From assembly GCA_965232515.1 (NCBI GenBank), contig CBDDPY010000002.1:6368001-6432000 (forward strand): a stretch of DNA of 64,000 bases. The letters run 5' to 3'. Both the position numbers and the translations under genes were made by a program. This stretch comes from Alphaproteobacteria bacterium. GTDB lineage: Bacteria > Pseudomonadota > Alphaproteobacteria > GCA-2731375. Below the pieces are notes generated by a model, which had not been told where the DNA came from, did not search any database, and worked only from the letters and a program-made list of their open reading frames with translations. Of the stretch, positions 26,315-36,228 are shown one piece after another (the first letter of the stretch is position 1; the number at the start of each line of letters is the position of its first letter).

Positions 26315-27703
26315 TTAGTTGGCCGGCAGCATCTTGCCGGGATTCATGATGTTCTGCGGGTCAATCGCCGTTTTCAGCGCCCGCATGACGCTGATCGCCG
26401 GCCCGTGCTCCTCGGTCATGTATTTGATCTTGCCCAGGCCGACCCCGTGCTCGCCGGTGCAGGTGCCGTCCATCGACAGCGCCCGGGCGACCAGCCGCTC
26501 GTTGATGCGCTCGGCTTCCTTGACCTCGTTCTCGTCGTTCATGTCCAGAACGAAGGCGATGTGGAAGTTGCCGTCGCCGACATGGCCGACGATGGGCGCG
26601 ATCAGGAACGACTCCTCAAGATCCTGTTTGGTCTCGAGAATGCATTCTGCGAGGCGCGAAATCGGCACGCAAACATCAGTGGCCCAGACCTCGCAACCGG
26701 TCCGGAGCGCTTTTGCCGCATAGGCCGCGTCGTGCCGGGCCTGCCAGAGCTTGTTGCGCTGTTCCGGATTGGTCGTCCATTGGAAGTCCGAGCCGCCGAG
26801 ATCGTCGGCGAGCGCTTTCACCATCTCGGCCTGTTCGGCGACGCCGGCGTCGGTGCCGTGGAACTCCAGGAACAGCGTCGGCTTCACCGGATAGTCCAGG
26901 CCGGAAAACTTGTTGACGGCGTCGAGCTGCACCTCGTCCAGCAGCTCGATGCGGGCGATCGGGATGCCGGACTGGATGGTCAGGATCACCGTGTTGACCG
27001 CGCCTTCCAGGTCGTCAAAGGCGACCACGGCGGACGAGATTGCTTCCGGAATCCCGTAGAGCCTGAGCGTGATCTCGGTGATGATGCCGAGTGTGCCCTC
27101 CGAGCCGACGAACAGCCGGGTCAGGTCGTAGCCGGCCGAGGATTTCTTCGCCCGCCGGGCGGTCTTGATGATGCGGCCGTCGGCCATGACCACGGTCAGG
27201 CCCAGCACGTTCTCGCGCATGGTGCCGTAGCGCACGGCGTTGGTGCCGGACGCCCGCGTCGCCGTCATGCCCCCCAGGCTGGCGTCGGCGCCGGGATCGA
27301 TCGGGAAGAACAGGCCGGTGTCGCGCAGGTATTCGTTCAGCTGCTTGCGGGTGACGCCCGGCTGCACCCGGCAGTCCAGGTCCTCGGCGTTCACCTCCAG
27401 CACCTCGTTCATGTTCATGAGGTCGATGGAGATGCCACCTTTTGGCGCGTGCACATGGCCTTCCAGCGACGTGCCGGTGCCGTAGGGGATCACCGGCGTG
27501 TCGTGGGCGGCGCAGATCTTGACGATCTCGGCCACTTCCTCGGTCGAGTTGGCGAAGGCCACCCCGTCGGGCGCCATGGTGGCGTAATAGGCCTCGTCCG
27601 TGCCGTGCCGGTCGCGCACCGCCTGCGACGTGCTCAGGCGGTCGCCCAGCAGCGCCTTCAGCTCGGTGATTACGCTGTCGATTTCCAGCGGCGCAACGCT
27701 CAT
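26315..27703 (-). CDS. FAD-linked oxidase (D-lactate dehydrogenase/GlcD family)
   Basis: GTGTSLEGH, DPGADASLGGM, GSEGTLG, HVGDGNFH, TGEHGVG, NPGK. Confidence 0.92.
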   Translation of the reverse strand: MSVAPLEIDSVITELKALLGDRLSTSQAVRDRHGTDEAYYATMAPDGVAFANSTEEVAEIVKICAAHDTPVIPYGTGTSLEGHVHAPKGGISIDLMNMNEVLEVNAEDLDCRVQPGVTRKQLNEYLRDTGLFFPIDPGADASLGGMTATRASGTNAVRYGTMRENVLGLTVVMADGRIIKTARRAKKSSAGYDLTRLFVGSEGTLGIITEITLRLYGIPEAISSAVVAFDDLEGAVNTVILTIQSGIPIARIELLDEVQLDAVNKFSGLDYPVKPTLFLEFHGTDAGVAEQAEMVKALADDLGGSDFQWTTNPEQRNKLWQARHDAAYAAKALRTGCEVWATDVCVPISRLAECILETKQDLEESFLIAPIVGHVGDGNFHIAFVLDMNDENEVKEAERINERLVARALSMDGTCTGEHGVGLGKIKYMTEEHGPAISVMRALKTAIDPQNIMNPGKMLPAN

Positions 27704-27860
27704 CGTTTCCCACTCCTGTCAGGCGACCCCAGATGTCCTTGCCGACAATGTACGTTCCGGTCTGCCTCCCGGCAACTCCGGCACCCCCGAACCGGCTTGA
27801 GTGAATTGGTTAATCCTGCTTCGATGACGGCATAGGTTAACCAGTCATCAGGAGAGCGCC

Positions 27861-28640
27861 ATGGCCGCGACCGGCAACGTCACCCCGATCCCCAAGGGCA
27901 TGACCCCGGAAGAATGGCAGACCCGCTGCGAGCTCGCGGCCTGCTATCGGCTGACCGCGCTCTACGGCTGGACCGACCTCACCGGCACCCATATCTCGGC
28001 CCGGATCCCCGGCACGGACGAGTTCCTGCTCAATCCCTTCGGCATGCTGTTCGACGAGATCACGGCCTCGGCGCTGATCAAGGTCGATCACGAGGGCAAG
28101 CTGCTGAGCGAGAGCGACTTCCCCATCAACCCGGCCGGCTTCACCATTCATTCGGCCGTGCACATGGCGTCTGCCGACATGAACTGCGTGATGCACACCC
28201 ATACGCGCGCCGGCAACGCGGTCGCCATGCTGAAGGAAGGCCTGCTGCCGCTGAACCAGAAGGCCCTGCTGATCCTCGGCTTCGTCGCCTATCACGACTA
28301 CGAGGGCGCGGCGCTGGATCTCGACGAGCGCGAGCGCATCGTCCGCAATCTCGGCGACAACCGGATCCTGTTCCTGCGCAACCACGGCCTGCTGACGGTG
28401 GGCAAAACCATCGGCGAGGCCTTCGTCTGGATGTACCGGGCCGAGACCGCCTGCCAGTTCCAGGTCGACGCGCTGTCCTGCAGTCGCGAGCTCAACGCGC
28501 TCAGCCAGGAAACCATCGACCACGTCATCGCCCAGGGCCGGGAGATCTTCGCCGAAGGCGGCTTCGCCGCCGCCGGCCACGAATGGCCGGCCCTTATCCG
28601 CCAGCTCGAACGCGAAATCGGCACCGACTACCGGACCTGA
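27861..28640 (+). CDS. Class II aldolase/adducin family protein
   Basis: THISAR, NPAGFTIHSAVH, HTH, LRNHG. Confidence 0.9.
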   Translation: MAATGNVTPIPKGMTPEEWQTRCELAACYRLTALYGWTDLTGTHISARIPGTDEFLLNPFGMLFDEITASALIKVDHEGKLLSESDFPINPAGFTIHSAVHMASADMNCVMHTHTRAGNAVAMLKEGLLPLNQKALLILGFVAYHDYEGAALDLDERERIVRNLGDNRILFLRNHGLLTVGKTIGEAFVWMYRAETACQFQVDALSCSRELNALSQETIDHVIAQGREIFAEGGFAAAGHEWPALIRQLEREIGTDYRT

Positions 28641-28760
28641 CGGCCAGTCGTTGGCCGTTTGCTGGCTGGGCGCAGGGCACACTGCAGAAGCAAGGGTAGA
28701 AAAAACCTGAGATTGTGCTATTTTAACGAATAACGATCCGATTGCTTGAGGAAGCAAGCG

Positions 28761-28877
28761 TTGAGATTTTGCGGATACTTTACGACGACCTGCGGCCCGG
28801 CCCGATTAACGTCGGTCGGGCGTCGCGCCCCGAGCCTTCCGCGCATCATGCCGGGTGGTTCTGACGACGGGCTTTGA
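28761..28877 (+). other. Candidate leader ORF (TTG start, 38 aa; internal ATG at 28848 gives MPGGSDDGL)
   Basis: GAGGA at 28748-28752 before TTG 28761; frame open to TGA 28875-28877; overlaps the candidate antiterminator strand. Confidence 0.3.
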
Positions 28878-28905
28878 TCCGAACGAGATCGACCGCCGTC
28901 GAAGG

Positions 28906-28939
28906 ACCCTCCCACACAGACGTGCTGGGAGGGTTTTTT
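28906..28939 (+). terminator. Intrinsic terminator in the leader of the RNA-repair operon
   Basis: ACCCTCCCA-CAC-agac-GTG-c-TGGGAGGGT running into a T6 tract, ending 16 nt before the first ATG. Confidence 0.75.
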
Positions 28940-28955
28940 GATCGTGGCGTCGTTG

Positions 28956-29777
28956 ATGGAAAAACAGATGGCCAACACGAACGACAGTCAAATTGAGCCT
29001 GATGTGCGTGCGGAGATCGAACGTCGCCTCGCCGAGATCGAGGCGTCAGAGAATGTGCGTGTGCTGTTGGCGGTCGAGTCTGGCAGCAGGGCCTGGGGGT
29101 TTCCGTCGCCGGACAGCGATTACGATGTCCGCTTCGTCTATGCCCGTCCGGTCGATTGGTACCTGTCGATCGACCGCCGCCGCGACGTCATTGAACGGCC
29201 GATCGATGGCGACCTGGATATCAATGGCTGGGATCTCAAGAAGGCGTTGCAGCTTCTGATCAAGCCAAATGCGGTAATGCACGAATGGCTGGAATCGCCG
29301 ATCAAGTATCGAGAGGAGGCGGCTGCCACGGCACGGCTGCGTGCGCTCGCGGACGAAACGCTGCATCGGATACCGGCGACCTATCACTATCTGCATCTGG
29401 GCGAGGGGCAGTGGCGGCGCTTTATCGACGGCCGTGATCGTGTCGCCGTCAAGAAGTACTTCTATGTGCTGCGACCGGCGTTGGCTTTGTGCTGGTTGCG
29501 CCAGAATGATGACGATCGGGTGCCGATGAATATCGCGGAACTGCGGGCCGGCTGTGATTTGCCGGCCGATGTTGATGCCTTCCTCGACGACCTGATCGAA
29601 CGTAAGCGCAGCACCAAGGAGCTCGGGCAAGGACCGCGGATTCCGGCTCTCGACCGATTTGTTACGGCCGCGTTCGCGGCAGCGCGAGAGCGCGCGTACT
29701 CGCCGCGGCGGCCGGTGAAGGGCCTATTCGAGCAGGCAAACCAGTTGTTCCGCGATCTCGTGCTCGATCAAAGGTGA
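28956..29777 (+). CDS. Pol-beta superfamily nucleotidyltransferase (RlaP/YcgL, Nuc-transf family)
   Basis: AVESGSRAWGFPSPDSDYDVRFVY (GS..DxD), DINGWDLKKAL, EWLESP, KKYFYVLRP; start 28956 or 28968. Confidence 0.88.
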   Translation: MEKQMANTNDSQIEPDVRAEIERRLAEIEASENVRVLLAVESGSRAWGFPSPDSDYDVRFVYARPVDWYLSIDRRRDVIERPIDGDLDINGWDLKKALQLLIKPNAVMHEWLESPIKYREEAAATARLRALADETLHRIPATYHYLHLGEGQWRRFIDGRDRVAVKKYFYVLRPALALCWLRQNDDDRVPMNIAELRAGCDLPADVDAFLDDLIERKRSTKELGQGPRIPALDRFVTAAFAAARERAYSPRRPVKGLFEQANQLFRDLVLDQR

Positions 29778-29788
29778 GGTAGGCTCAA

Positions 29789-31183
29789 GTGCTGCTGACC
29801 ATTTCCACCGATCATCGGCCGGCGACGGATCTCGGCTTCCTGCTGATGAAGCATCCGGATCGTGTGCACGCGCGCGAGCTGGCGTTCGGCACGGCGACGA
29901 TCTTCTATCCCGAAGCGGCGGCCGAGCGCTGCACGGCGGCACTTACGCTGGATATCGATCCCGTCCGTCTCGTGCGTGGCGGCGGCGCGCGGGTGGGAGG
30001 GCTGTTCGACCAATACGTGACCGATCGCCCGTATGCCGTATCGTCATTTCTGTCGGTCGCCATCTCCCGGCTGCTCGGCACGGCGATGGGTGGGCGCAGC
30101 CGGGAGCGGCAGGAGCTGGCCGATACGCCGATACCGCTGACGGCGATGCTGACACCGCTGCCCTGCCGGGGCGGTCCGGAGATCCTGGAACGTCTGTTTA
30201 CACCGCTCGGCTACGAGGTCACAACGCGGCGGCACGCGCTCGATCTGCATCATCCCGATTGGGGCGACAGCGTCTATGTGACCGCGACCCTGTCGGGCCG
30301 TGTCCGGCTGGCCGATCTGCTGACGCACCTCTTCGTGCTGGTGCCGGTGCTCGACAATCAAAAGCACTACTATGTCGGCACGGACGAGGTCGAAAAGCTG
30401 TTGGCGAAAGGGCAGGGCTGGCTCGAACACCACCCAGCCAAGCAGTTGATTGCGCGGCGTTACCTCAAGCACCGGGCCGGCTTGACGCGTGCCGCGCTCG
30501 AGCAGTTGGCCGAACAAGTTGAGCCGCAGACCCCGGAACTCCACGAAGCCCAGGAGGCCGAAGAGGAGGCGTTGGAGGTGCCGATGCGCCTTAACGACCT
30601 TCGCCTGGAGGCGGTGACCGAAGCACTGCTGGCGACGGGCGCCGCGCGCGTGCTCGATCTCGGCTGCGGCGAGGGCAAGCTGTTGCGGCGACTGCTGCGT
30701 GAAAAGCAGTTCGTACGTCTCGTCGGCGTCGATACGGCGCCGAAGGTGCTGGAGCGGGCTGCCCAGCGACTGAAGCTGGAACAGATGCGCCCGCGGCAGC
30801 GCGAACGTATCGAGCTGCTGCAGGGCTCCCTGGTCTATCGTGATGAACGCCTCAATGGCTTCGATGCCGCCGCCGTCATTGAAGTCATCGAGCACATGGA
30901 TGTCGAGCGCCTGCCGGCGTTCGAGCGGGCGCTGTTCGGCGACGCGCGGCCGCAATCCGTCATCGTGACCACGCCGAACCGCGAGTTCAACGCGACGTTC
31001 GAACGCTTGACGTCGGACCGACTGCGCCATCCGGACCATCGTTTCGAATGGACGCGGGCCGAGTTTGCGGCCTGGGCGACGGCGGTGGCCGACCGCTATC
31101 AATACGCCGCCCACTTCGACGGGATCGGAGAGCCGCATCCCGACCATGGCGCGCCGACACAAATGGCGGTCTTCTCGCGATGA
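29789..31183 (+). CDS. hen1: Bacterial Hen1 3'-terminal RNA 2'-O-methyltransferase with ligase-activating N-domain
   Basis: MLLTIST..PATDLGFLL.KHP N-domain, DQYVTDRPY, VLDLGCGEG, EVIEH, TTPN, RHPDHRFEWTRAEF. Confidence 0.95.
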   Translation: MLLTISTDHRPATDLGFLLMKHPDRVHARELAFGTATIFYPEAAAERCTAALTLDIDPVRLVRGGGARVGGLFDQYVTDRPYAVSSFLSVAISRLLGTAMGGRSRERQELADTPIPLTAMLTPLPCRGGPEILERLFTPLGYEVTTRRHALDLHHPDWGDSVYVTATLSGRVRLADLLTHLFVLVPVLDNQKHYYVGTDEVEKLLAKGQGWLEHHPAKQLIARRYLKHRAGLTRAALEQLAEQVEPQTPELHEAQEAEEEALEVPMRLNDLRLEAVTEALLATGAARVLDLGCGEGKLLRRLLREKQFVRLVGVDTAPKVLERAAQRLKLEQMRPRQRERIELLQGSLVYRDERLNGFDAAAVIEVIEHMDVERLPAFERALFGDARPQSVIVTTPNREFNATFERLTSDRLRHPDHRFEWTRAEFAAWATAVADRYQYAAHFDGIGEPHPDHGAPTQMAVFSR

Positions 31184-33741
31184 CAAGCCACACGATCTCC
31201 ATCCCGGAATACTGCCTGGTGCTGCTGGTCGGGGCGTCAGGATCGGGCAAGTCGACGTTCGCGGCGCGGCATTTCAAGCCGACCGAGATCATTTCCTCGG
31301 ACCGCTGCCGCGCCGTTGTCGCCGATGACGAGTCGGACCAATCGGCCACGGCGGACGCGTTCGAGCTTGTCCATTTCATTGCCGAGAAGCGACTGAACGC
31401 GCGACGGCTGGCGGTCATCGACGCCACGAACGTTCGGCCCGAGGACCGGCGCTCATTCGTCGATCTGGCGAAGCGCTACCACGCGTTGGTCGTGGCCTTC
31501 GTCTTCGATATGCCGGAAGCGCTGTGTCACGAGCGGAACGCCGGACGGCCCGAGCGCGACTTCGGCCGTCACGTCGTCAGCAACCATCTGCGCGCGCTGA
31601 AACGCGGCATCAGGCGCATGGACCGGGAAGGCATTCGCTTCGTCTACCGTTTCTCGGAGCCAGCCCGGGTCGACGAGGCAATCGTCGAACGCCAAAAACT
31701 CTGGGTCGACAAGCGCGATGAAGGCGGGCCGTTCGACATCATCGGCGACGTGCACGGCTGTGCCGATGAGCTCGAGAAGCTTCTGACAAACCTTGGATAT
31801 CGCATTGATATCGAAGGAACATCGTCCGGATCGAAATACTCGGTCATACCGCCGGTAGGGCGCAAAGTCGTCTTTCTCGGCGATCTTGTCGACCGTGGCC
31901 CGCGCGTCCCGGACACCTTGCGGCTGGCGAAGACCATGGTCGATGCGGGCCAGGCGCTCTGCGTCCTCGGCAATCATGAAGCCAAGCTGGTCCGGAAGCT
32001 GAAGGGCCGGAACGTGAAGCTGACGCACGGTCTTGCCGAAAGCGTTGCCCAAATCGAGGCGCAGCACGACGGCTTCGTCGACGAGATGCTGCCGTTCATG
32101 GACGGGCTGATCAGCCATTACGTTCTCGATGGCGGCAAGCTTATCGTCGCCCATGCGGGCCTGCGCGAGGAAATGCAGAACCGGTCGTCGGGCAAGGTCC
32201 GGTCGTTTGCGCTCTACGGCGATACGACGGGCGAGACCGACGAGTTCGGCTTGCCGGTGCGGCACAATTGGGCGGCCGAGTATGGCGGCCGGGCGAAGGT
32301 GGTTTACGGTCACACGCCGGTGCCGGATGCCGAGTGGCTGAATGGCACGATCTGCATCGATACTGGTTGCGTCTTCGGCGGCAAGCTGACGGCCCTGCGC
32401 TATCCGGAAATGGAGCTGGTCGAGGTGCCGGCGGCCCAAGTCTATTGCGAGCCGGTGCGTCCGATCGCGGCGCCGAAAAGCAGTGCCGCGACCGACGATA
32501 CGCAGCTGCAGTTGTCGGACGTGATCGGGAAACGTGTCATCGGCACGCGGCTGAGCCGGTCGGTGACCATCCGCGAAGAACAGGCCGCGGCAGCCCTCGA
32601 GGTAATGAGCCGCTTTGCCATCGATCCGCGCTGGTTGATCCACCTGCCGCCGACCATGTCGCCGTCGGAGACATCCACGCGTGACGGCTATCTCGAGCAT
32701 CCGGACGAGGCATTGGACTATTTCCGCCGTCATGGCGTCGGCACCGTGATTTGCGAGGAAAAGCATATGGGCTCGCGCGCCGTCATGGTCGTTTGCCGGG
32801 ATGATTCGACGCCCAGGAAACGTTTCGGCGTCGACGGTTCACGGCGCGGCGTCGTCTACAGCCGGACCGGCCGGGCCTTCTTCCCGGACCGGGAGGCCGA
32901 GGCGGCCGTGATCGATCGTGTTGCATCGGCCGCGAGCCAAGCGGGCTGGTGGGACGAGTTCGCGACGGACTGGTTCTGCCTGGATGCGGAAGTCATGCCC
33001 TGGTCCGTAAAGGCGCAGTCCTTGATCGATCAGCAATACGCCCCGGTCGCCGCCGCCGCCGAGGCCGGCCTGCAGGCGGCGGTCGATGCGCTGGCGCTGG
33101 CCCTGGACCGCGGCGTCGATGTGGCCGGGCTGGCAGAGCGCTTCCGGCAACGTCAGACGCGTGCACGAGCCTATCGGGATGCCTACAACAACTATGTCTG
33201 GCCGGTCTCGGACCTGGACGACCTGCGCATCGCGCCCTTCCATCTGCTGGCCAGCGAGGGTGCGGTGCACGCCGACAAGGATCACCAGTGGCACATGAAG
33301 GTACTGACGCGCTTGTGTAATGGCGATCCGGCGTTGTTGTTCGCGACAACCCATCGTGTCGTCGACCTGTCCGACGAGGCTGGCGTCACCGCCGCGATGG
33401 CGTGGTGGGAAGAACTGACGGCGGCCGGCGGCGAGGGCATGGTCGTCAAGCCACTCGACTTCGTGGCGCGCGGCAAGCGTGGCCTTGTGCAGCCCGCGTT
33501 GAAATGCCGGGGCCGGGAATACCTGCGGATTATCTATGGGCCCGACTACGATGCGCCGGAAAACCTGAACCGCCTGCGCCAACGCGGCCTGTCATTGAAG
33601 CGATCGATGGCGTTGCGTGAGTTCGCGCTAGGCCTGGAATCGCTGCAGCGGTTCGTGGACCGGGAACCGTTGAGCCGCGTCCACGAATGCGTCTTCGGTG
33701 TGCTGGCCATGGAGACCGAGCCCGTCGATCCGCGGCTTTGA
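31180..33741 (+). CDS. pnkp: Bacterial Pnkp: polynucleotide kinase, metallophosphatase and adenylyltransferase/ligase
   Basis: GASGSGKST/ISSD kinase; GDVHG, GDLVDRG, GNHE phosphatase; EEKHMGSR, EGMVVKP, LKCRG ligase motifs; ATGA overlap with hen1. Confidence 0.96.
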   Translation: MTSHTISIPEYCLVLLVGASGSGKSTFAARHFKPTEIISSDRCRAVVADDESDQSATADAFELVHFIAEKRLNARRLAVIDATNVRPEDRRSFVDLAKRYHALVVAFVFDMPEALCHERNAGRPERDFGRHVVSNHLRALKRGIRRMDREGIRFVYRFSEPARVDEAIVERQKLWVDKRDEGGPFDIIGDVHGCADELEKLLTNLGYRIDIEGTSSGSKYSVIPPVGRKVVFLGDLVDRGPRVPDTLRLAKTMVDAGQALCVLGNHEAKLVRKLKGRNVKLTHGLAESVAQIEAQHDGFVDEMLPFMDGLISHYVLDGGKLIVAHAGLREEMQNRSSGKVRSFALYGDTTGETDEFGLPVRHNWAAEYGGRAKVVYGHTPVPDAEWLNGTICIDTGCVFGGKLTALRYPEMELVEVPAAQVYCEPVRPIAAPKSSAATDDTQLQLSDVIGKRVIGTRLSRSVTIREEQAAAALEVMSRFAIDPRWLIHLPPTMSPSETSTRDGYLEHPDEALDYFRRHGVGTVICEEKHMGSRAVMVVCRDDSTPRKRFGVDGSRRGVVYSRTGRAFFPDREAEAAVIDRVASAASQAGWWDEFATDWFCLDAEVMPWSVKAQSLIDQQYAPVAAAAEAGLQAAVDALALALDRGVDVAGLAERFRQRQTRARAYRDAYNNYVWPVSDLDDLRIAPFHLLASEGAVHADKDHQWHMKVLTRLCNGDPALLFATTHRVVDLSDEAGVTAAMAWWEELTAAGGEGMVVKPLDFVARGKRGLVQPALKCRGREYLRIIYGPDYDAPENLNRLRQRGLSLKRSMALREFALGLESLQRFVDREPLSRVHECVFGVLAMETEPVDPRL

Positions 33742-33788
33742 CAAACGCCGCGCTGGACGCTGTGCCGCGCGACGCTAAGATCGCCGGC

Positions 33789-34319
33789 ATGAGCTACAGC
33801 ATTCCCATCCGGCCCGGCGTCGATCGATTGCCGGCGGCGCCGATCGAGATCCATCGCGAGGCCGTGCAGGCCGAGTGGATCGACTACAACGGGCATATGA
33901 ACGTCGCCTATTACGTGCTGGCGTTCGATCATGCGACGGACCGGCTGTACGACCTGATCGATCTGGGGGTCGACTATGTCGGGCGGACGAACAACTCGGC
34001 CTTCGTGCTGGAGACGCATGTCACCTACGCCCAGGAGGTGAAGCTCGACGATCCGCTGCGGTTCACCCTGCAACTGATCGACGCCGACGCCAAGCGGCTG
34101 CATTATTATTTCGAGATGTTTCACGCCGACGACGGCTTTCTCGCCGCCACAAGCGAGCAGATCTGCATGCATGTGAATCTCGACACCCGTCGTTCGGAGG
34201 CGTTTCCGGACCCAATCCGCGAGCGCGTCGCGGCGATCATCGAGGCGCAGCGCGACCTGCCGCGGCCGGACAAGGTCGGCCGGGTCATCGGCATTCCGCG
34301 GAAGGCGGTGGCGGAGTAG
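33789..34319 (+). CDS. Hotdog-fold thioesterase (4HBT-like)
   Basis: WIDYNGHMNVAYY motif. Confidence 0.88.
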   Translation: MSYSIPIRPGVDRLPAAPIEIHREAVQAEWIDYNGHMNVAYYVLAFDHATDRLYDLIDLGVDYVGRTNNSAFVLETHVTYAQEVKLDDPLRFTLQLIDADAKRLHYYFEMFHADDGFLAATSEQICMHVNLDTRRSEAFPDPIRERVAAIIEAQRDLPRPDKVGRVIGIPRKAVAE

Positions 34320-34453
34320 CGACCCCTTTTTCGCCAAAGCCACAGCCGAAACAACGCGTTAACGGTCGTTCGTTCTTTCCTTCGTAAGGAAATCGGCGTT
34401 TAATTCCCGTTCAATCCTAGTTTTTCCGCGTTCCTGGAGGTGCCGCGCGGGCA

Positions 34454-36226
34454 ATGCGGCTGGGTTCGCTTACCGACCGCCTGGAGCGGATTACCCATCA
34501 CGAACAGGTCGTCCTGTCGGTCCTGGCCCTGGTGGCCGGCGTCGCCGTCGCCTACGCCGCGATCGGCTTCCGACTCGCCATCGGCGGCGTGCAGTGGCTC
34601 GGCTTCGGCTTTTCCACCGAGGACGTGTTCAGCCGCGCCATGCTGCTGCCCTGGTGGCAGATCATGGCTGTGCCCGTCGCCGGCGGCCTGATCGTTGGCC
34701 TGCTGCTGCAGTTCCTGATGCCGAACCAGCGGCCGCAGGGCGTCGCCGACGTGATCGAGGCGACGGCCCTGAACAATGGCCGCATGCGGTTGCGCACGGC
34801 GATGACCGCGGCGGTGATCAGCGTGACCTCGCTTGGCGCCGGCGCGTCGACCGGCCGCGAGGGGCCGATGGTGCATCTCGGCGCGGCGATCGCGTCGGGC
34901 TTCTCGCGCTATCTGCATTTGAGTCCCGCGCACGCCCGCACGCTGCTCGGCTGCGGCGTGGCTTCGGCCGTGGCCGCCTCGTTCAACGCGCCGATTGCCG
35001 GGGTATTCTTCGCGCTCGAAGTGGTGATCGGCCACTATGCCCTTTCGACCTTCGCGCCGGTGGTCATCGCGTCCGTCGCCGGCACCGTGGTCAGCCGCAT
35101 CCATCTCGGCGCCCTGCCGGCCTTCATCATCCCGGAATACGCCATCGTCAGTCTGTGGGAGTTTCCGGCTTTCCTTCTGCTGGGCATGGTCTGCGCCCTG
35201 ATCGCGGTCATCTTCATGTGGTCGATCAACTTCGCGACCGACGTGGTCGACCGGGTCGATGTGCCGGTCTGGTTGAAGCCGGTTGCTGGTGGGCTGGCAG
35301 TGGGCGCGGTGGCCGTCTACTTCCCGCACATCCTGGGCGTCGGCTACGAGGCGACGGATGCGGCGCTGAAGGAACAGCTGCCGCTCTGGCTGCTGATCGC
35401 GCTCATCATCACCAAGACGGCGGCAACGGCGACATCGCTCGGCTGCCGCTTCGGCGGCGGTGTGTTCTCGCCGTCACTGTTCCTGGGCGCCATGACCGGC
35501 GGCGCCTTCGGCATCATCGCGGCCGCCGTGTTTCCCGACCTGGCGGCGGGTCATGGGGCCTATGCCATGGTCGGCATGAGCGCGCTTGCCGCCGCGGTGC
35601 TCGGCGCCCCGATCTCGACGATCCTCATCGTCTTCGAGCTGACCAGCGACTACCGCATGACCATCGGCGTTATGGTGGCGACCTCGGTCGCTTCGGTGCT
35701 GGTTCAGCAGGTCATGGGCGGCAGCTTTTTTCACCTGCAGTTGCGTCGACGCGGCCTGGACTTGCGCGGCGGCCGGGCCCGGCACCTGCTGCAGTCGCTC
35801 CGGGTGCGGGAAGTGATCGCCAACGACTTCGAGACCATCGACGAAGCCGTGCCCGTCGGTCACATCAAGCGCAAGCTGCAGGCCATGCCGCAGGCGACGT
35901 TCCTGGTCGTGAACGGCGACGCGCGCCTCGTCGGCCAGCTCTCGTTCGCCGACCTCAAGGAGGTGGCGTTCGACGCCAGTATCGATCATCTGGTGAACGC
36001 CCGCGACGTCGTGCGCGGCAGTCCCGTCGTGCTGACGCCGGACGATCCGCTGGAGGACGCGCTGGCACTGATGGACGTGCGCGGCGAGGACCATCTCGCC
36101 GTCGTCGACAGCCCGGCGCATATGCACGTCGTCGGCATCGTCCACCACAAGGACGTGCTGCGCGCCCTTAACCGCGCCCTGTTGCAAGCCCAGGCCGAAG
36201 AGCACGACGAACAGCGCCCAGGATAA
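34454..36226 (+). CDS. ClC chloride channel/antiporter with C-terminal CBS pair
   Basis: GREGP, FNAPIAG, GGVFSPSLFLG, FELT; CBS domains. Confidence 0.93.
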   Translation: MRLGSLTDRLERITHHEQVVLSVLALVAGVAVAYAAIGFRLAIGGVQWLGFGFSTEDVFSRAMLLPWWQIMAVPVAGGLIVGLLLQFLMPNQRPQGVADVIEATALNNGRMRLRTAMTAAVISVTSLGAGASTGREGPMVHLGAAIASGFSRYLHLSPAHARTLLGCGVASAVAASFNAPIAGVFFALEVVIGHYALSTFAPVVIASVAGTVVSRIHLGALPAFIIPEYAIVSLWEFPAFLLLGMVCALIAVIFMWSINFATDVVDRVDVPVWLKPVAGGLAVGAVAVYFPHILGVGYEATDAALKEQLPLWLLIALIITKTAATATSLGCRFGGGVFSPSLFLGAMTGGAFGIIAAAVFPDLAAGHGAYAMVGMSALAAAVLGAPISTILIVFELTSDYRMTIGVMVATSVASVLVQQVMGGSFFHLQLRRRGLDLRGGRARHLLQSLRVREVIANDFETIDEAVPVGHIKRKLQAMPQATFLVVNGDARLVGQLSFADLKEVAFDASIDHLVNARDVVRGSPVVLTPDDPLEDALALMDVRGEDHLAVVDSPAHMHVVGIVHHKDVLRALNRALLQAQAEEHDEQRPG

Positions 36227-36228
36227 TG

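Noticed and set aside
28858-28940. Hammerhead-ribozyme-like CTGACGA...GAAG arrangement in the RNA-repair leader
   Set aside because: GAAG instead of GAAA, no proper stem II closing pair and no convincing stem I.
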